DNA from: the human T2T-CHM13v2.0 reference genome, Homo sapiens
Length of the DNA: 64,000 nt
Strand: one strand, 5' to 3'
Assembly (NCBI RefSeq): GCF_009914755.1
Contig: NC_060948.1
Below, piece after piece: positions 14,207 to 28,442 of the stretch (position 1 is the stretch's first letter; each line of letters starts with the position of its first letter). The position numbers and the translations under genes were made by a program. The notes under the pieces are model-generated. The model was not told where the DNA came from and made no database searches. It worked only from the letters and a program-made list of their open reading frames with translations.

Positions 14207-17200
14207 GAATTAAATGGACTGGAATGGAATGGACTCGAACAGAGTGGAATGGAAAGTGTTGAGATAGAATGGAATGGACTCCTTTGGAATGGTCTAGTAT
14301 GCAATGCAATCGACTGGCAGGGAATCAAAAGGAATGTAATCGAATGGATTGGACTGGAATGCAATGGACTCGAATAGATTGGAAACGGGATGCAAAGGAA
14401 TGGAATGGAATAGTATGGAATGGAATGGAAAGGAATGGAGTGGAATAGACTAGAGTGGAATGGAATGGACTGGAAAGCAATGGACTGGAATGGAACTTTC
14501 TTGAATGGACTGGAATCAAACGGAATGGAATGCAATGCAATCAAATGGCATGGAATAAAATAGAATGAAAGAGAATCAAATGGAATTGAATCGAATGGAA
14601 TCGAATGGATTGGAAAGGAATAGAATGGAATGGAATGGAATGGACTCAAATGGAATGGACTAGAATGGAATGGATTCGAATGGAAGGCAAAGGAATGGAA
14701 TCTATTGGAATGGACTGTAATGGAATGGAATGGAAGGGATTGGAATGGACTCGAATGGAATGGACTGCAATAGAAAGGATTCGAATGGAATGAAAAAGAA
14801 TTGAATGGAATAGAACAGAATGGAATCAAATCGAATGAAATGGAATGGAATAGAAAGGAATGGAATGAAATGGAATGGAAAGGATTCGAATGGAATGCAA
14901 TCGAATGGAATGGAATCGAACGGAATGGAATAAAATGGAAGAAAACTGGCAAGAAATGGAATCGAAATGAATGGAGTGTTATGGAACGGACTCAAAAGGA
15001 ATTGAATGTAATAGAATGGAGTGGAGTGGACTCGAATATAATGGACTGGAATGGAATGAAATCACATGGAATGGGAACGAATGGAATGGAATGGAAAGGA
15101 ATGGAATCGAATGGAAAGGAATCGAATGGAAGGGAATGAAATTGAATCAACAGGAATGGAAGGGAATAGAATAGACGGTAATGGAATGGACTCGAATAGA
15201 ATGGACACGAATGCTCAAATTGAATGGACTCGAATGGAATGGAAACGAAAGGAATGTCATCGAATGGAATTGAATCGATTGCAATGAAATCGCATAGAAT
15301 GGAGTGGAATCAAATGGAATTGAATCGAAAGGAAAGGAAGCGAATGGACTGAAATGAAATGGAATGGAATTGAATGGAAAGTAATGCAATGGAATAGAAT
15401 GGAACGAAATTTCACGGAATGGAATCAAACTGAATGGAATCAAATCAATGGAATCTAATCAAATGGAATGGAAAGGAATTGAATGGAGTAGATTGGATTG
15501 GATGGGATTGGAATGAAATGTACTGGAAAGGACTCGAATTTCATGAAACGGAATGGAATGAATTGGAACGGAATGGACTCGAATGGAATGGAATGTCATG
15601 GAATGGCATCAAATGGAATGGCATCAAATGGAATGGAATCGAATGCAATGGAATGCTATGGAATGGAATGGAATGCATTGGAATGGAATGTCCTCTAATG
15701 GAATGGATTCGAGTGGAATGGAATCGAATATAATGGAGTCGAATGAAATGGAATTGAAAGGAATGGGATCGAATACAATGGAATATACTGGAATGTAATG
15801 TAATGAACTCGAATGTAATTGACTGGAATGGAATGTACATGAATGGAAGGTAATCGAATGGAAAGTAATCCAATGGAATAGAATCTAATGCAATAAAACC
15901 GACTCAGATAGAGTAGAATGTAATGGAATGGAGTGCAGTGCAATGGAATGGAATGGAATTGAATGCAATGGAATGGAATGGAATGGAATGGAATGGAATG
16001 GAATGGAATGGAATGGAATGGGATGGAATGGTATGGAATGGATAGTAATGGACTGGAGTGAAATGGACTGGAAAGGAATGGACTCAAATTGAAAGGGCTC
16101 GAAAGGAATGGAGTCAAATGGAATGGTCTGGAATGGAATGAACACGAATGTAATGCAATCCAATAGAATGGAATCGAATGGCATGGAATATAAAGAAATG
16201 GAATCGGAGGGAATGGAAACAAATGGAATGGAATTGAATGGAATGGAATTGAATGGAATGGGAACGAATCGAGTGAAATTGTATGCAGTAGAAGGGAATA
16301 GAATGGAATGCAAGCGAAAGGAAAGGAATGGATTGGAATGGAATGGAATTCATTGGAATGGAAGGGAATGTAGTGTAATGGACAGGCCTGGAATAAAGTG
16401 GAATGCTACGGTCTCGAATGGAATAAAAATGTATGGAATGGAATGCAATGAAATGGAATCGAATGTCATAGAATGTAATGGAATGCAACAAAATGGAATC
16501 CAAAATCATTGACTGGAAAGGCTGGGTGTCGAAAGGAATTGACTCCAATGGAATGGAATCGAATGGAATGGAAGTGAATAGAATCGAACTAAATCGAATG
16601 GAATGGAATTGATAGGAACGGAATGGAAAGGAATGCAATGATTTGGCATGGAATGGAATCGAATGGCATCGAATGGAATGGAATGGAATGCAATGGAATG
16701 GAATGTATTAGAATGTAATGAACTTTAATGGAATGTACTCGAATGGATTCGACTGGAATGGAATGTTCTGGAAGTGAATGGACTCCAATGGAATGGATTC
16801 CAAAGGAATGGAATCGTACGGAATGGAATGTAATGGAATGGAATTAAATGGAAATGAATCAAATTGAATAGCACGGAATTGAATTGAATGGAATGGAATG
16901 CAATGGAATCTAATGAAACGGAAAGGAAAGGAATGGAATGGAATGGAATGGGCTGGAATGGAAAGGAATCGAAACGAATGGAATGGAATCGAACTGAAGA
17001 GACTGGAATGGAATGCACTGGAATGGAAGGGAGTGTAATGGAAGGTTCTCGAAAAAAATGGAATCGAATGGAATGGAATTGAATGGAACGGAATAGAGTC
17101 GAATGGAATTGAATGGAATGGAATGGACTAGAGTGAAATGGAATCGAACCACAAGGAATGGACAGGAATAGAATGGTCTCGAATTGAATGGAATCGTATG

Positions 17201-17780
17201 GAATGGCATCAAACGGAATGGAATGGACAGCCACGGAATGGAATGCACTCGAATGCAATGGAGTCGAAACTAATGGACTGGAATAGAATGGACTCGACTG
17301 GTACGGACTCCAATGGAATGGAATCGAATGGAAGGGAATCGAACGGAATGGACTCGAAGGGAAAAGACTGCAATGGAAAGGTCTCGAATGGAATGGAAAT
17401 TAATGGAATGGAATGGAATCGAATGAAATGGAGTCAAAAGGAATGGAATCGAATGGCAAGAAATCGAATGTAATGGAATCGCAAGGAATTGATGTGAACG
17501 GAACGGAATGGAATGGAATCCAAAGGAATGGAATAGAATGGAATGGAATCGAATGGAAAGGACTCGAATGGAAATCACTCGAATAGAATGCAATTTAATA
17601 AAATAGGATCAAATGTAATGGAATGGAATGGAAAGGAATCGAAACGAAAGGAATGGAGACAGATGGAATGGAATGGAACAGAGAGCAATGGTATAGAATG
17701 GAATGGAATCATCTGGAATGGAATTGAATGGAATGGAATAATATGAAATGGAATGGAATGGAATGGAATGGAATGCCCTT
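14207..17780 (+). repeat. unit 5 (3574 bp)
   Basis: Landmark at 14207 and 17781; markers GGTCTAGT, CGGGATGC, GATTGCAATG. Confidence 0.95.
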
Positions 17781-20700
17781 GAATTAAATGGACTGGAATG
17801 GAATGGACTCGAACAGAGTGGAATGGAAAGTGTTGAGATAGAATGGAATGGACTCCTTTGGAATGGTGTAGTATGCAATGCAATCGACTGGCAGGGAATC
17901 AAAAGGAATGTAATGGAATGGATTGGAGTGGAATGCAATGGACAGGAATAGATTGGAAACGGAATGCAAAGGAATGGAATGGAATAGTATGGAATGGAAT
18001 GGAAAGGAATGGAGTGGAATAGACTAGAGTGGAATGCAATGGACTGGAAAGCAATGGACTGGAATGGAACTTTCTTGAATGGACTGGAATCAAACGGAAT
18101 GGAATGCAATGCAATCAAATGGCATGGAATAAAATAGAATGAAAGAGAATCAAATGGAATTGAATCGAATGGAATCGAATGGATTGGAAAGGAATAGAAT
18201 GGAATGGAATGGAATGGACTCAAATGGAATGGACTAGAATGGAATGGATTCGAATGGAAGGCAAAGGAATGGAATCTATTGGAATGGACTGTAATGGAAT
18301 GGAATGGAAGGGATTGGAATGGACTCGAATGGAATGGACTGCAATAGAAAGGATTCGAATGGAATGAAATAGAATTGAATGGAATAGAACAGAATGGAAT
18401 CAAATCGAATGAAATGGAATGGAATAGAAAGGAATGGAATGAAATGGAATGGAAAGGATTCGAATGGAATGCAATCGAATGGAATGGAATCGAACGGAAT
18501 GGAATAAAATGGAAGAAAACTGGCAAGAAATGGAATCGAAATGAATGGAGTGTTATGGAACGGACTCAAAAGGAATTGAATGTAATAGAATGGAGTGGAG
18601 TGGACTCGAATATAATGGACTGGAATGGAATGAAATCACATGGAATGGGAACGAATGGAATGGAATGGAAAGGAATGGAATCGAATGGAAAGGAATCGAA
18701 TGGAAGGGAATGAAATTGAATCAACAGGAATGGAAGGGAATAGAATAGACGGTAATGGAATGGACTCGAATAGAATGGACACGAATGCTCAAATTGAATG
18801 GACTCGAATGGAATGGAAACGAAAGGAATGTCATCGAATGGAATTGAATCGATCGGAATGAAATCGCATAGAATGGAGTGGAATCAAATGGAATTGAATC
18901 GAAAGGAAAGGAAGCGAATGGACTGAAATGAAATGGAATGGAATTGAATGGAAAGTAATGCAATGGAATAGAATGGAACGAAATTTCACGGAATGGAATC
19001 AAACTGAATGGAATCAAATCAATGGAATATAATCAAATGGAATGGAAAGGAATTGAATGGAGTAGATTGGATTGGATGGGATTGGAATGAAATGTACTGG
19101 AAAGGACTCGAATTTCATGAAACGGAATGGAATGAATTGGAACGGAATGGACTCGAATGGAATGGAATGTCATGGAATGGCATCAAATGGAATGGCATCA
19201 AATGGAATGGAATCGAATGCAATGGAATGCTATGGAATGGAATGGAATGCATTGGAATGGAATGTCCTCTAATGGAATGGATTCGAGTGGAATGGAATCG
19301 AATATAATGGAGTCGAATGAAATGGAATTGAAAGGAATGGGATCGAATACAATGGAATATACTGGAATGTAATGTAATGAACTCGAATGTAATTGACTGG
19401 AATGGAATGTACATGAATGGAAGGTAATCGAATGGAAAGTAATCCAATGGAATAGAATCTAATGCAATAAAACCGACTCAGATAGAGTAGAATGTAATGG
19501 AATGGAGTGCAGTGCAATGGAATGGAATGGAATTGAATGCAATGGAATGGAATGGAATGGAATGGAATGGAATGGAATGGGATGGAGTGGTATGGAATGG
19601 ATAGTAATGGACTGGAGTGAAATGGACTGGAAAGGAATGGACTCAAATTGAAAGGGCTCGAAAGGAATGGAGTCAAATGGAATGGTCTGGAATGGAATGA
19701 ACACGAATGTAATGCAATCCAATAGAATGGAATCGAATGGCATGGAATATAAAGAAATGGAATCGGAGGGAATGGAAACAAATGGAATGGAATTGAATGG
19801 AATGGAATTGAATGGAATGGGAACGAATGGAGTGAAATTGTATGCAGTAGAAGGGAATAGAATGGAATGCAAGCGAAAGGAAAGGAATGGATTGGAATGG
19901 AATGGAATTCATTGGAATGGAAGGGAATGTAGTGTAATGGACAGGCCTGGAATAAAGTGGAATGCTACGGTCTCGAATGGAATAAAAATGTATGGAATGG
20001 AATGCAATGAAACGGAATCGAATGTCATAGAATGTAATGGAATGCAAAAAAATGGAATCCAAAATCATTGACTGGAAAGGCTGGGTGTCGAAAGGAATTG
20101 ACTCCAATGGTATGGAATCGAATGGAATGGAAGTGAATAGAATCGAACTAAATCGAATGGAATGGAATTGATAGGAACGGAATGGAAAGGAATGCAATGA
20201 ATTGGCATGGAATGGAATCGAATGGCATCGAATGGAATGGAATGGAATGCAATGGAATGGAATGTATTAGAATGTAATGAACTTTAATGGAATGTACTCG
20301 AATGGATTCGACTGGAATGGAATGTTCTGGAAGTGAATGGACTCCAATGGAATGGATTCCAAAGGAATGGAATCGTACGGAATGGAATCTAATGGAATGG
20401 AATTAAATGGAAATGAATCAAATTGAATAGCACGGAATTGAATTGAATGGAATGGAATGCAATGGAATCTAATGAAACGGAAAGGAAAGGAATGGAATGG
20501 AATGGAATGGGCTGGAATGGAAAGGAATCGAAACGAATGGAATGGAATCGAACTGAAGAGACTGGAATGGAATGCACTGGAATGGAAGGGAGTGTAATGG
20601 AAGGTTCTCGAAAAAAATGGAATCGAATGGAATGGAATTGAATGGAACGGAATAGAGTCGAATGGAATTGAATGGAATGGAATGGACTAGAGTGAAATGG

Positions 20701-21339
20701 AATCGAACCACAAGGAATGGACAGGAATAGAATGGTCTCGAATTGAATGGAATCGTATGGAATGGCATCAAACGGAATGGAATGGACAGCCACGGAATGG
20801 AATGCACTCGAATGCAATGGAGTCGAAACTAATGGACTGGAATAGAATGGACTCGACTGGTACGGACTCCAATGGAATGGAATCGAATGGAAGGGAATCG
20901 AACGGAATGGACTCGAAGGGAAAAGACTGCAATGGAAAGGTCTCGAATGGAATGGAAATTAATGGAATGGAATGGAATCGAATGAAATGGAGTCAAAAGG
21001 AATGGAATCGAATGGCAAGAAATCGAATGTAATGGAATCGCAAGGAATTGATGTGAACGGAACGGAATGGAATGGAATCCAAAGGAATGGAATAGAATGG
21101 AATGGAATCGAATGGAAAGGACTCGAATGGAAATCACTCGAATAGAATGCAATTTAATAAAATAGGATCAAATGTAATGGAATGGAATGGAAAGGAATCG
21201 AAACGAAAGGAATGGAGACAGATGGAATGGAATGGAACAGAGAGCAATGGTATAGAATGGAATGGAATCATCTGGAATGGAATTGAATGGAATGGAATAA
21301 TATGAAATGGAATGGAATGGAATGGAATGGAATGCCCTT
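17781..21339 (+). repeat. unit 6 (3559 bp)
   Basis: Landmark at 17781 and 21340; markers GACAGGAATAG, GATGGAGTGGTAT. Confidence 0.95.
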
Positions 21340-24300
21340 GAATTAAATGGACTGGACTCGAACAGAGTGGAATGGAAAGTGTTGAGATAGAATGGAATGG
21401 ACTCCTTTGGAATGGTGTAGTATGCAATGCAATCGACTGGCATGGAATCAAAAGGAATGTAATGGAATGGATTGGACTGGAATGCAATGGACTCGAATAG
21501 ACTGGAAACGGAATGCAAAGGAATGGAATGGAATAGTATGGAATTTAATGGAAAGGAATGGAGTGGAATAGACTAGAGTGGAATGGAATGGACTGGAAAG
21601 CAATGGACTGGAATGGAACATTCTTGAATGGACTGGAATCAAACGGAATGGAATGCAATGCAATCAAGTGGCATGGAATAAAATAGAATGAAAGAGAATC
21701 AAATGGAATTGAATCGAATGGAATCGAATGGATTGGAAAGGAATAGAATGGAATGGAATGGAATTGACTCAAATGGAATGGACTAGAATGGAATGGATTC
21801 GAATGGAAGGCAAAGGAATGGAATCTACTGGAATGGACTGTAATGGAATGGAATGGAAGGGATTGGAATGGATTCGAATGGAATGGACTGCAATAGAAAG
21901 GATTCGAATGGAATGAAATAGAATTGAATGGAATAGAACAGAATGGAATCAAATCGAATGAAATGGAATGGAATAGAAAGGAATGGAATGAAATGGAATG
22001 GAAAGGATTCGAATGGAATGCAATCGAATGGAATGGAATCGAACGGAATGGAATAAAATGGAAGAAAACTGGCAAGAAATGGAATCGAAATGAATGGAGT
22101 GTTATGGAACGGACTCAAAAGGAATTGAATGTAATAGAATGGAGTGGAGTGGACTCGAATATAATGGACTGGAATGGAATGAAATCACATGGAATGGGAA
22201 CGAATGGAATGGAATGGAAAGGAATGGAATCGAATGGAAAGGAATCGAATGGAAGGGAATGAAATTGAATCAACAGGAATGGAAGGGAATAGAATAGACG
22301 GTAATGGAATGGACTCGAATAGAATGGACACGAATGCTCAAATTGAATGGACTCGAAAGGAATGGAAACGAAAGGAATGTCATCGAATGGAATTGAATCG
22401 ATTGGAATGAAATCGCATAGAATGGAGTGGAATCAAATGGAATTGAATCGAAAGGAAAGGAAGCGAATGGACTGAAATGAAATGGAATGGAATTGAATGG
22501 AAAGTAATGCAATGGAATAGAATGGAAGGAAATTTCACGGAATGGAATCAAACTGAATGGAATCAAATCAATGGAATCAAATCAAATGGAATGGAAAGGA
22601 ATTGAATGGAGTAGATTGGATTGGATGGGATTGGAATGAAATGTACTGGAAAGGACTCGAATTTCATGAAACAGAATGGAATGAATTGGAACGGAACGGA
22701 CTCGAATGGAATGGAATGTCATGGAATGGCATCAAATGGAATGGCATCAAATGGAATGGAATCGAATGCAATGGAAGGCTATGGAATGGAATGGAATGCA
22801 TTGGAATGGAATGTCCTCTAATGGAATGGATTCGAGTGGAATGGAATCGAATATAATGGAGTCGAATGAAATGGAATTGAAAGGAATGGGATCGAATACA
22901 ATGGAATATACTGGAATGTAATGTAATGAACTCGAATGTAATTGACTGGAATGGAATGTACATGAATGGAATGTAATCGAATGGAAAGTAATCCAATGGA
23001 ATAGAATCTAATGCAATAAAATCGACTCAGATACAGTAGAATGTAATGGAATGGAGTGCAGTGCAATGGAATGGAATGGAATGGAATGCAATGGAATGGA
23101 ATGGAATGGAATGCAATGGAATGGAATGGAATGGAATGGTGTGGAATGGATAGTAATGGACTGGAGTGAAATGGACTGGAAAGGAATGGACTCAAATTGA
23201 AAGGGCTCGAAAGGAATAGAGTCAAATGGAATGGTCTGGAATGGAATGAACACGAATGTAATGCAATCCAATAGAATGGAATCGAATGGCATGGAATATA
23301 AAGAAATGGAATCGAAGAGAATGGAAACAAATGGAATGGAATTGAGTGGAATGGAATTGAATGGAATGGGAACGAATGGAGTGAAATTGTATGCAGTAGA
23401 AGAGAATAGAATGGAATGCAAGTGAAAGGAAAGGAATGGATTGGAATGGAATGGAATTCATTGGAATGGAAGGGAATGTAGTGTAATGGACAGGCCTGGA
23501 ATAAAGTGGAATGCTACGGTCTCGAATGGAATAAAAATGTATGGAATGGAATGCAATGAAACGGAATCGAATGTCATAGAATGTAATGGAATGCAAAAAA
23601 ATGGAATCCAAAATCATTGACTGGAAAGGCTGGGTGTCGAAAGGAATTGACTCCAATGGAATGGAATCGAATGGAATGGAAGTGAATAGAATCGAACTAA
23701 ATCGAATGGAATGGAATTGATAGGAACGGAATGGAAAGGAATGCAATGATTTGGCATGGAATGGAATCGAATGGCATCGAATGGAATGGAATGGAATGCA
23801 ATGGAATGGAATGTATTAGAATGTAATGAACTTTAATGGAATGTACTTGAATAGATTCGACTGGAATGGAATGTTCTGGAAGTGAATGGACTCCAATGGA
23901 ATGGATTCCAAAGGAATGGAATCGTACGGAATGGAATGTAATGGAATGGAATTAAATGGAAATGAATCAAATTGAATAGCACGGAATTGAATTGAATGGA
24001 ATGGAATGCAATGGAATCTAATGAAACGGAAAGGAAAGGAATGGAATGGAATGGAATGGGCTGGAATGGAAAGGAATCGAAACGAATGGAATGGAATCGA
24101 ACTGAAGAGACTGGAATGGAATGCACTGGAATGGAAGGGAGTGTAATGGAAGGTTCTCGAAAAAAATGGAATCGAATGGAATGGAATTGAATGGAACGGA
24201 ATAGAGTCGAATGGAATTGAATGGAATGGAATGGACTAGAGTGAAATGGAATCGAACCACAAGGAATGGACAGGAATAGAATGGTCTCGAATTGAATGGA

Positions 24301-24888
24301 ATCGTATGGAATGGCATCAAACGGAATGGAATGGACAGCCACGGAATGGAATGCACTCGAATGCAATGGAGTCGAAACTAATGGACTGGAATAGAATGGA
24401 CTCGACTGGTACGGACTCCAATGGAATGGAATCGAATGGAAGGGAATCGAACGGAATGGACTCGAAGGGAAAAGACTGCAATGGAAAGGTCTCGAATGGA
24501 ATGGAAATTAATGGAATGGAATGGAATCGAATGAAATGGAGTCAAAAGGAATGGAATCGAATGGCAAGAAATCGAATGTAATGGAATCGCAAGGAATTGA
24601 TGTGAACGGAACGGAATGGAATGGAATCCAAAGGAATGGAATAGAATGGAATGGAATCGAATGGAAAGGACTCGAATGGAAATCACTCGAATAGAATGCA
24701 ATTTAATAAAATAGGATCAAATGTAATGGAATGGAATGGAAAGGAATCGAAACGAAAGGAATGGAGACAGATGGAATGGAATGGAACAGAGAGCAATGGT
24801 ATAGAATGGAATGGAATCATCTGGAATGGAATTGAATGGAATGGAATAATATGAAATGGAATGGAATGGAATGGAATGGAATGCCCTT
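21340..24888 (+). repeat. unit 7 (3549 bp), chimeric junction unit
   Basis: Landmark at 21340 and 24889; 5' markers shared with unit 12, 3' markers shared with unit 2. Confidence 0.93.
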
Positions 24889-27800
24889 GAATTAAATGGA
24901 CTGGAATGGAATGGACTCGAACAGAGTGGAATGGAAAGTGTTGAGATAGAATGGAATGGACTCCTTTGGAATGGTGTAGTATGCAATGCAATCGACTGGC
25001 AGGGAATCAAAAGGAATGTAATGGAATGGACTGGACTGGAATGCAATGGACTCGAATAGATTGGAAACGGAATGCAAAGGAATGGAATGGAATAGTATGG
25101 AATGGAATGGAAAGGAATGGAGTGGAATAGACTAGAGTGGAATGGAATGGACTGGAAAGCAATGGACTGGAATGGAACTTTCTTGAATGGACTGGAATCA
25201 AACGGAATGGAATGCAATGCAATCAAATGGCATGGAATAAAATAGAATGAAAGAGAATCAAATGGAATTGAATCGAATGGAATCGAATGGATTGGAAAGG
25301 AATAGAATGGAATGGAATGGAATGGACTCAAATGGAATGGACTAGAATGGAATGGATTCGAATGGAAGGCAAAGGAATGGAATCTATTGGAATGGACTGT
25401 AATGGAATGGAATGGAAGGGATTGGAATGGACTCGAATGGAATGGACTGCAATAGAAAGGATTCGAATGGAATGAAAAAGAATTGAATGGAATAGAACAG
25501 AATGGAATCAAATCGAATGAAATGGAATGGAATAGAAAGGAATGGAATGAAATGGAATGGAAAGGATTCGAATGGAATGCAATCGAATGGAATGGAATCG
25601 AACGGAATGGAATAAAATGGAAGAAAACTGGCAAGAAATGGAATCGAAATGAATGGAGTGTTTTGGAACGGACTCAAAAGGAATTGAATGTAATAGAATG
25701 GAGTGGAGTGGACTCGAATATAATGGACTGGAATGGAATGAAATCACATGGAATGGGAACGAATGGAATGGAATGGAAAGGAATGGAATCGAATGGAAAG
25801 GAATCGAATGGAAGGGAATGAAACTGAATCAACAGGAATGGAAGGGAATAGAATAGACGGTAATGGAATGGACTCGAATTGAATGGACACGAATGCTCAA
25901 ATTGAATGGACTCGAATGGAATGGAAACGAAAGGAATGTCATCGAATGGAATTGAATCGATCGGAATGAAATCGCATAGAATGGAGTGGAATCAAATGGA
26001 ATTGAATCGAAAGGAAAGGAAGCGAATGGACTGAAATGAAATGGAATGGAATTGAATGGAAAGTAATGAAATGGAATAGAATGGAACGAAATTTCACGGA
26101 ATGGAATCAAACTGAATGGAATCAAATCAATGGAATCTAATCAAATGGAATGGAAAGGAATTGAATGGAGTAGATTGGATTGGATGGGATTGGAATGAAA
26201 TGTACTGGAAAGGACTCGAATTTCATGAAACGGAATGGAATGAATTGGAACGGAATGGACTCGAATGGAATGGAATGTCATGGAATGGCATCAAATGGAA
26301 TGGCATCAAATGGAATGGAATCGAATGCAATGGAATGCTATGGAATGGAATAGAATGCATTGGAATGGAATGTCCTCTAATGGAATGGATTCGAGTGGAA
26401 TGGAATCGAATATAATGGAGTCGAATGAAATGGAATTGAAAGGAATGGGATCGAATAGAATGGAATATACTGGAATGTAATGTAATGAACTCGAATGTAA
26501 TTGACTGGAATGGAATGTACATGAATGGAATGTAATCGAATGGAAAGTAATCCAATGGAATAGAATCTAATGCAATAAAACCGACTCAGATAGAGTAGAA
26601 TGTAATGGAATGGAGTGCAGTGCAATGGAATGGAATGGAATTGAATGCAATGGAATGGAATGGAATGGAATGGAATGGAATGGAATGGGATGGAATGGTA
26701 TGGAATGGATAGTAATGGACTGGAGTGAAATGGACTGGAAAGGAATGGACTCAAATTGAAAGGGCTCGAAAGGAATGGAGTCAAATGGAATGGTCTGGAA
26801 TGGAATGAACACGAATGTAATGCAATCCAATAGAATGGAATCGAATGGCATGGAATATAAAGAAATGGATTCGAAGAGAATGGAAACAAATGGAATGGAA
26901 TTGAATGGAATGGAATTGAATGGAATGGGAACGAATGGAGTGAAATTGTATGCAGTAGAAGGGAATAGAATGGAATGCAAGCGAAAGGAAAGGAATGGAT
27001 TGGAATGGAATGGAATTCATTGGAATGGAAGGGAATGTAGTGTATTGGACAGGCCTGGAATAAAGTGGAATGCTACGGTCTCGAATGGAATAAAAATGTA
27101 TGGAATGGAATGCAATGAAACGGAATCGAATGTCATAGAATGTAATGGAATGCAACAAAATGGAATCCAAAATCATTGACTGGAAAGGCTGGGTGTCGAA
27201 AGGAATTGACTCCAATGGAATGGAATCGAATGGAATGGAAGTGAATAGAATCGAACTAAATCGAATGGAATGGAATTGATAGGAACGGAATGGAAAGGAA
27301 TGCAATGATTTGGCATGGAATGGAATCGAATGGCATCGAATGGAATAGAATGGAATGGAATGGAATGGAATGTATTAGAATGTAATGAGCTTTAATGGAA
27401 TGTACTCGAATGGATTCGACTGGAATGGAATGTTCTGGAAGTGAATGGACTCCAATGGAATGGATTCCAAAGGAATGGAATCGTACGGAATGGAATCTAA
27501 TGGAATGGAATTAAATGGAAATGAATCAAATTGAATAGCACGGAATTGAATTGAATGGAATGGAATGCAATGGAATCTAATGAAACGGAAAGGAAAGGAA
27601 TGGAATGGAATGGGCTGGAATGGAAAGGAATCGAAACGAATGGAATGGAATCGAACTGAAGAGACTGGAATGGAATGCACTGGAATGGAAGGGAGTGTAA
27701 TGGAAGGTTCTCGAAAAAAATGGAATCGAATGGAATGGAATTGAATGGAACGGAATAGAGTCGAATGGAATTGAATGGAATGGAATGGACTAGAGTGAAA

Positions 27801-28442
27801 TGGAATCGAACCACAAGGAATGGACAGGAATAGAATGGTCTCGAATTGAATGGAATCGTATGGAATGGCATCAAACGGAATGGAATGGACAGCCACGGAA
27901 TGGAATGCACTCGAATGCAATGGAGTCGAAACTAATGGAATGGAATAGAATGGACTCGACTGGTACGGACTCCAATGGAATGGAATCGAATGGAAGGGAA
28001 TCGAACGGAATGGACTCGAAGGGAAAAGACTGCAATGGAAAGGTCTCGAATGGAATGGAAATTAATGGATTGGAATGGAATCGAATGAAATGGAGTCAAA
28101 AGGAATGGAATCGAATGGCAAGAAATCGAATGTAATGGAATCGCAAGGAATTGATGTGAACGGAACGGAATGGAATGGAATCCAAAGGAATGGAATAGAA
28201 TGGAATGGAATCGAATGGAAAGGACTCGAATGGAAATCACTCGAATAGAATGCAATTTAATAAAATAGGATCAAATGTAATGGAATGGAATGGAAAGGAA
28301 TCGAAACGAAAGGAATGGAGACAGATGGAATGGAATAGAACAGAGTGCAATGGTATAGAATGGAATGGAATCATCTGGAATGGAATTGAATGGAATGGAA
28401 TAATATGAAATGGAATGGAATGGAATGGAATGGAATGCCCTT
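24889..28442 (+). repeat. unit 8 (3554 bp), near copy of unit 3
   Basis: Same length and same diagnostic variants as unit 3 at an offset of 17800. Confidence 0.95.
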
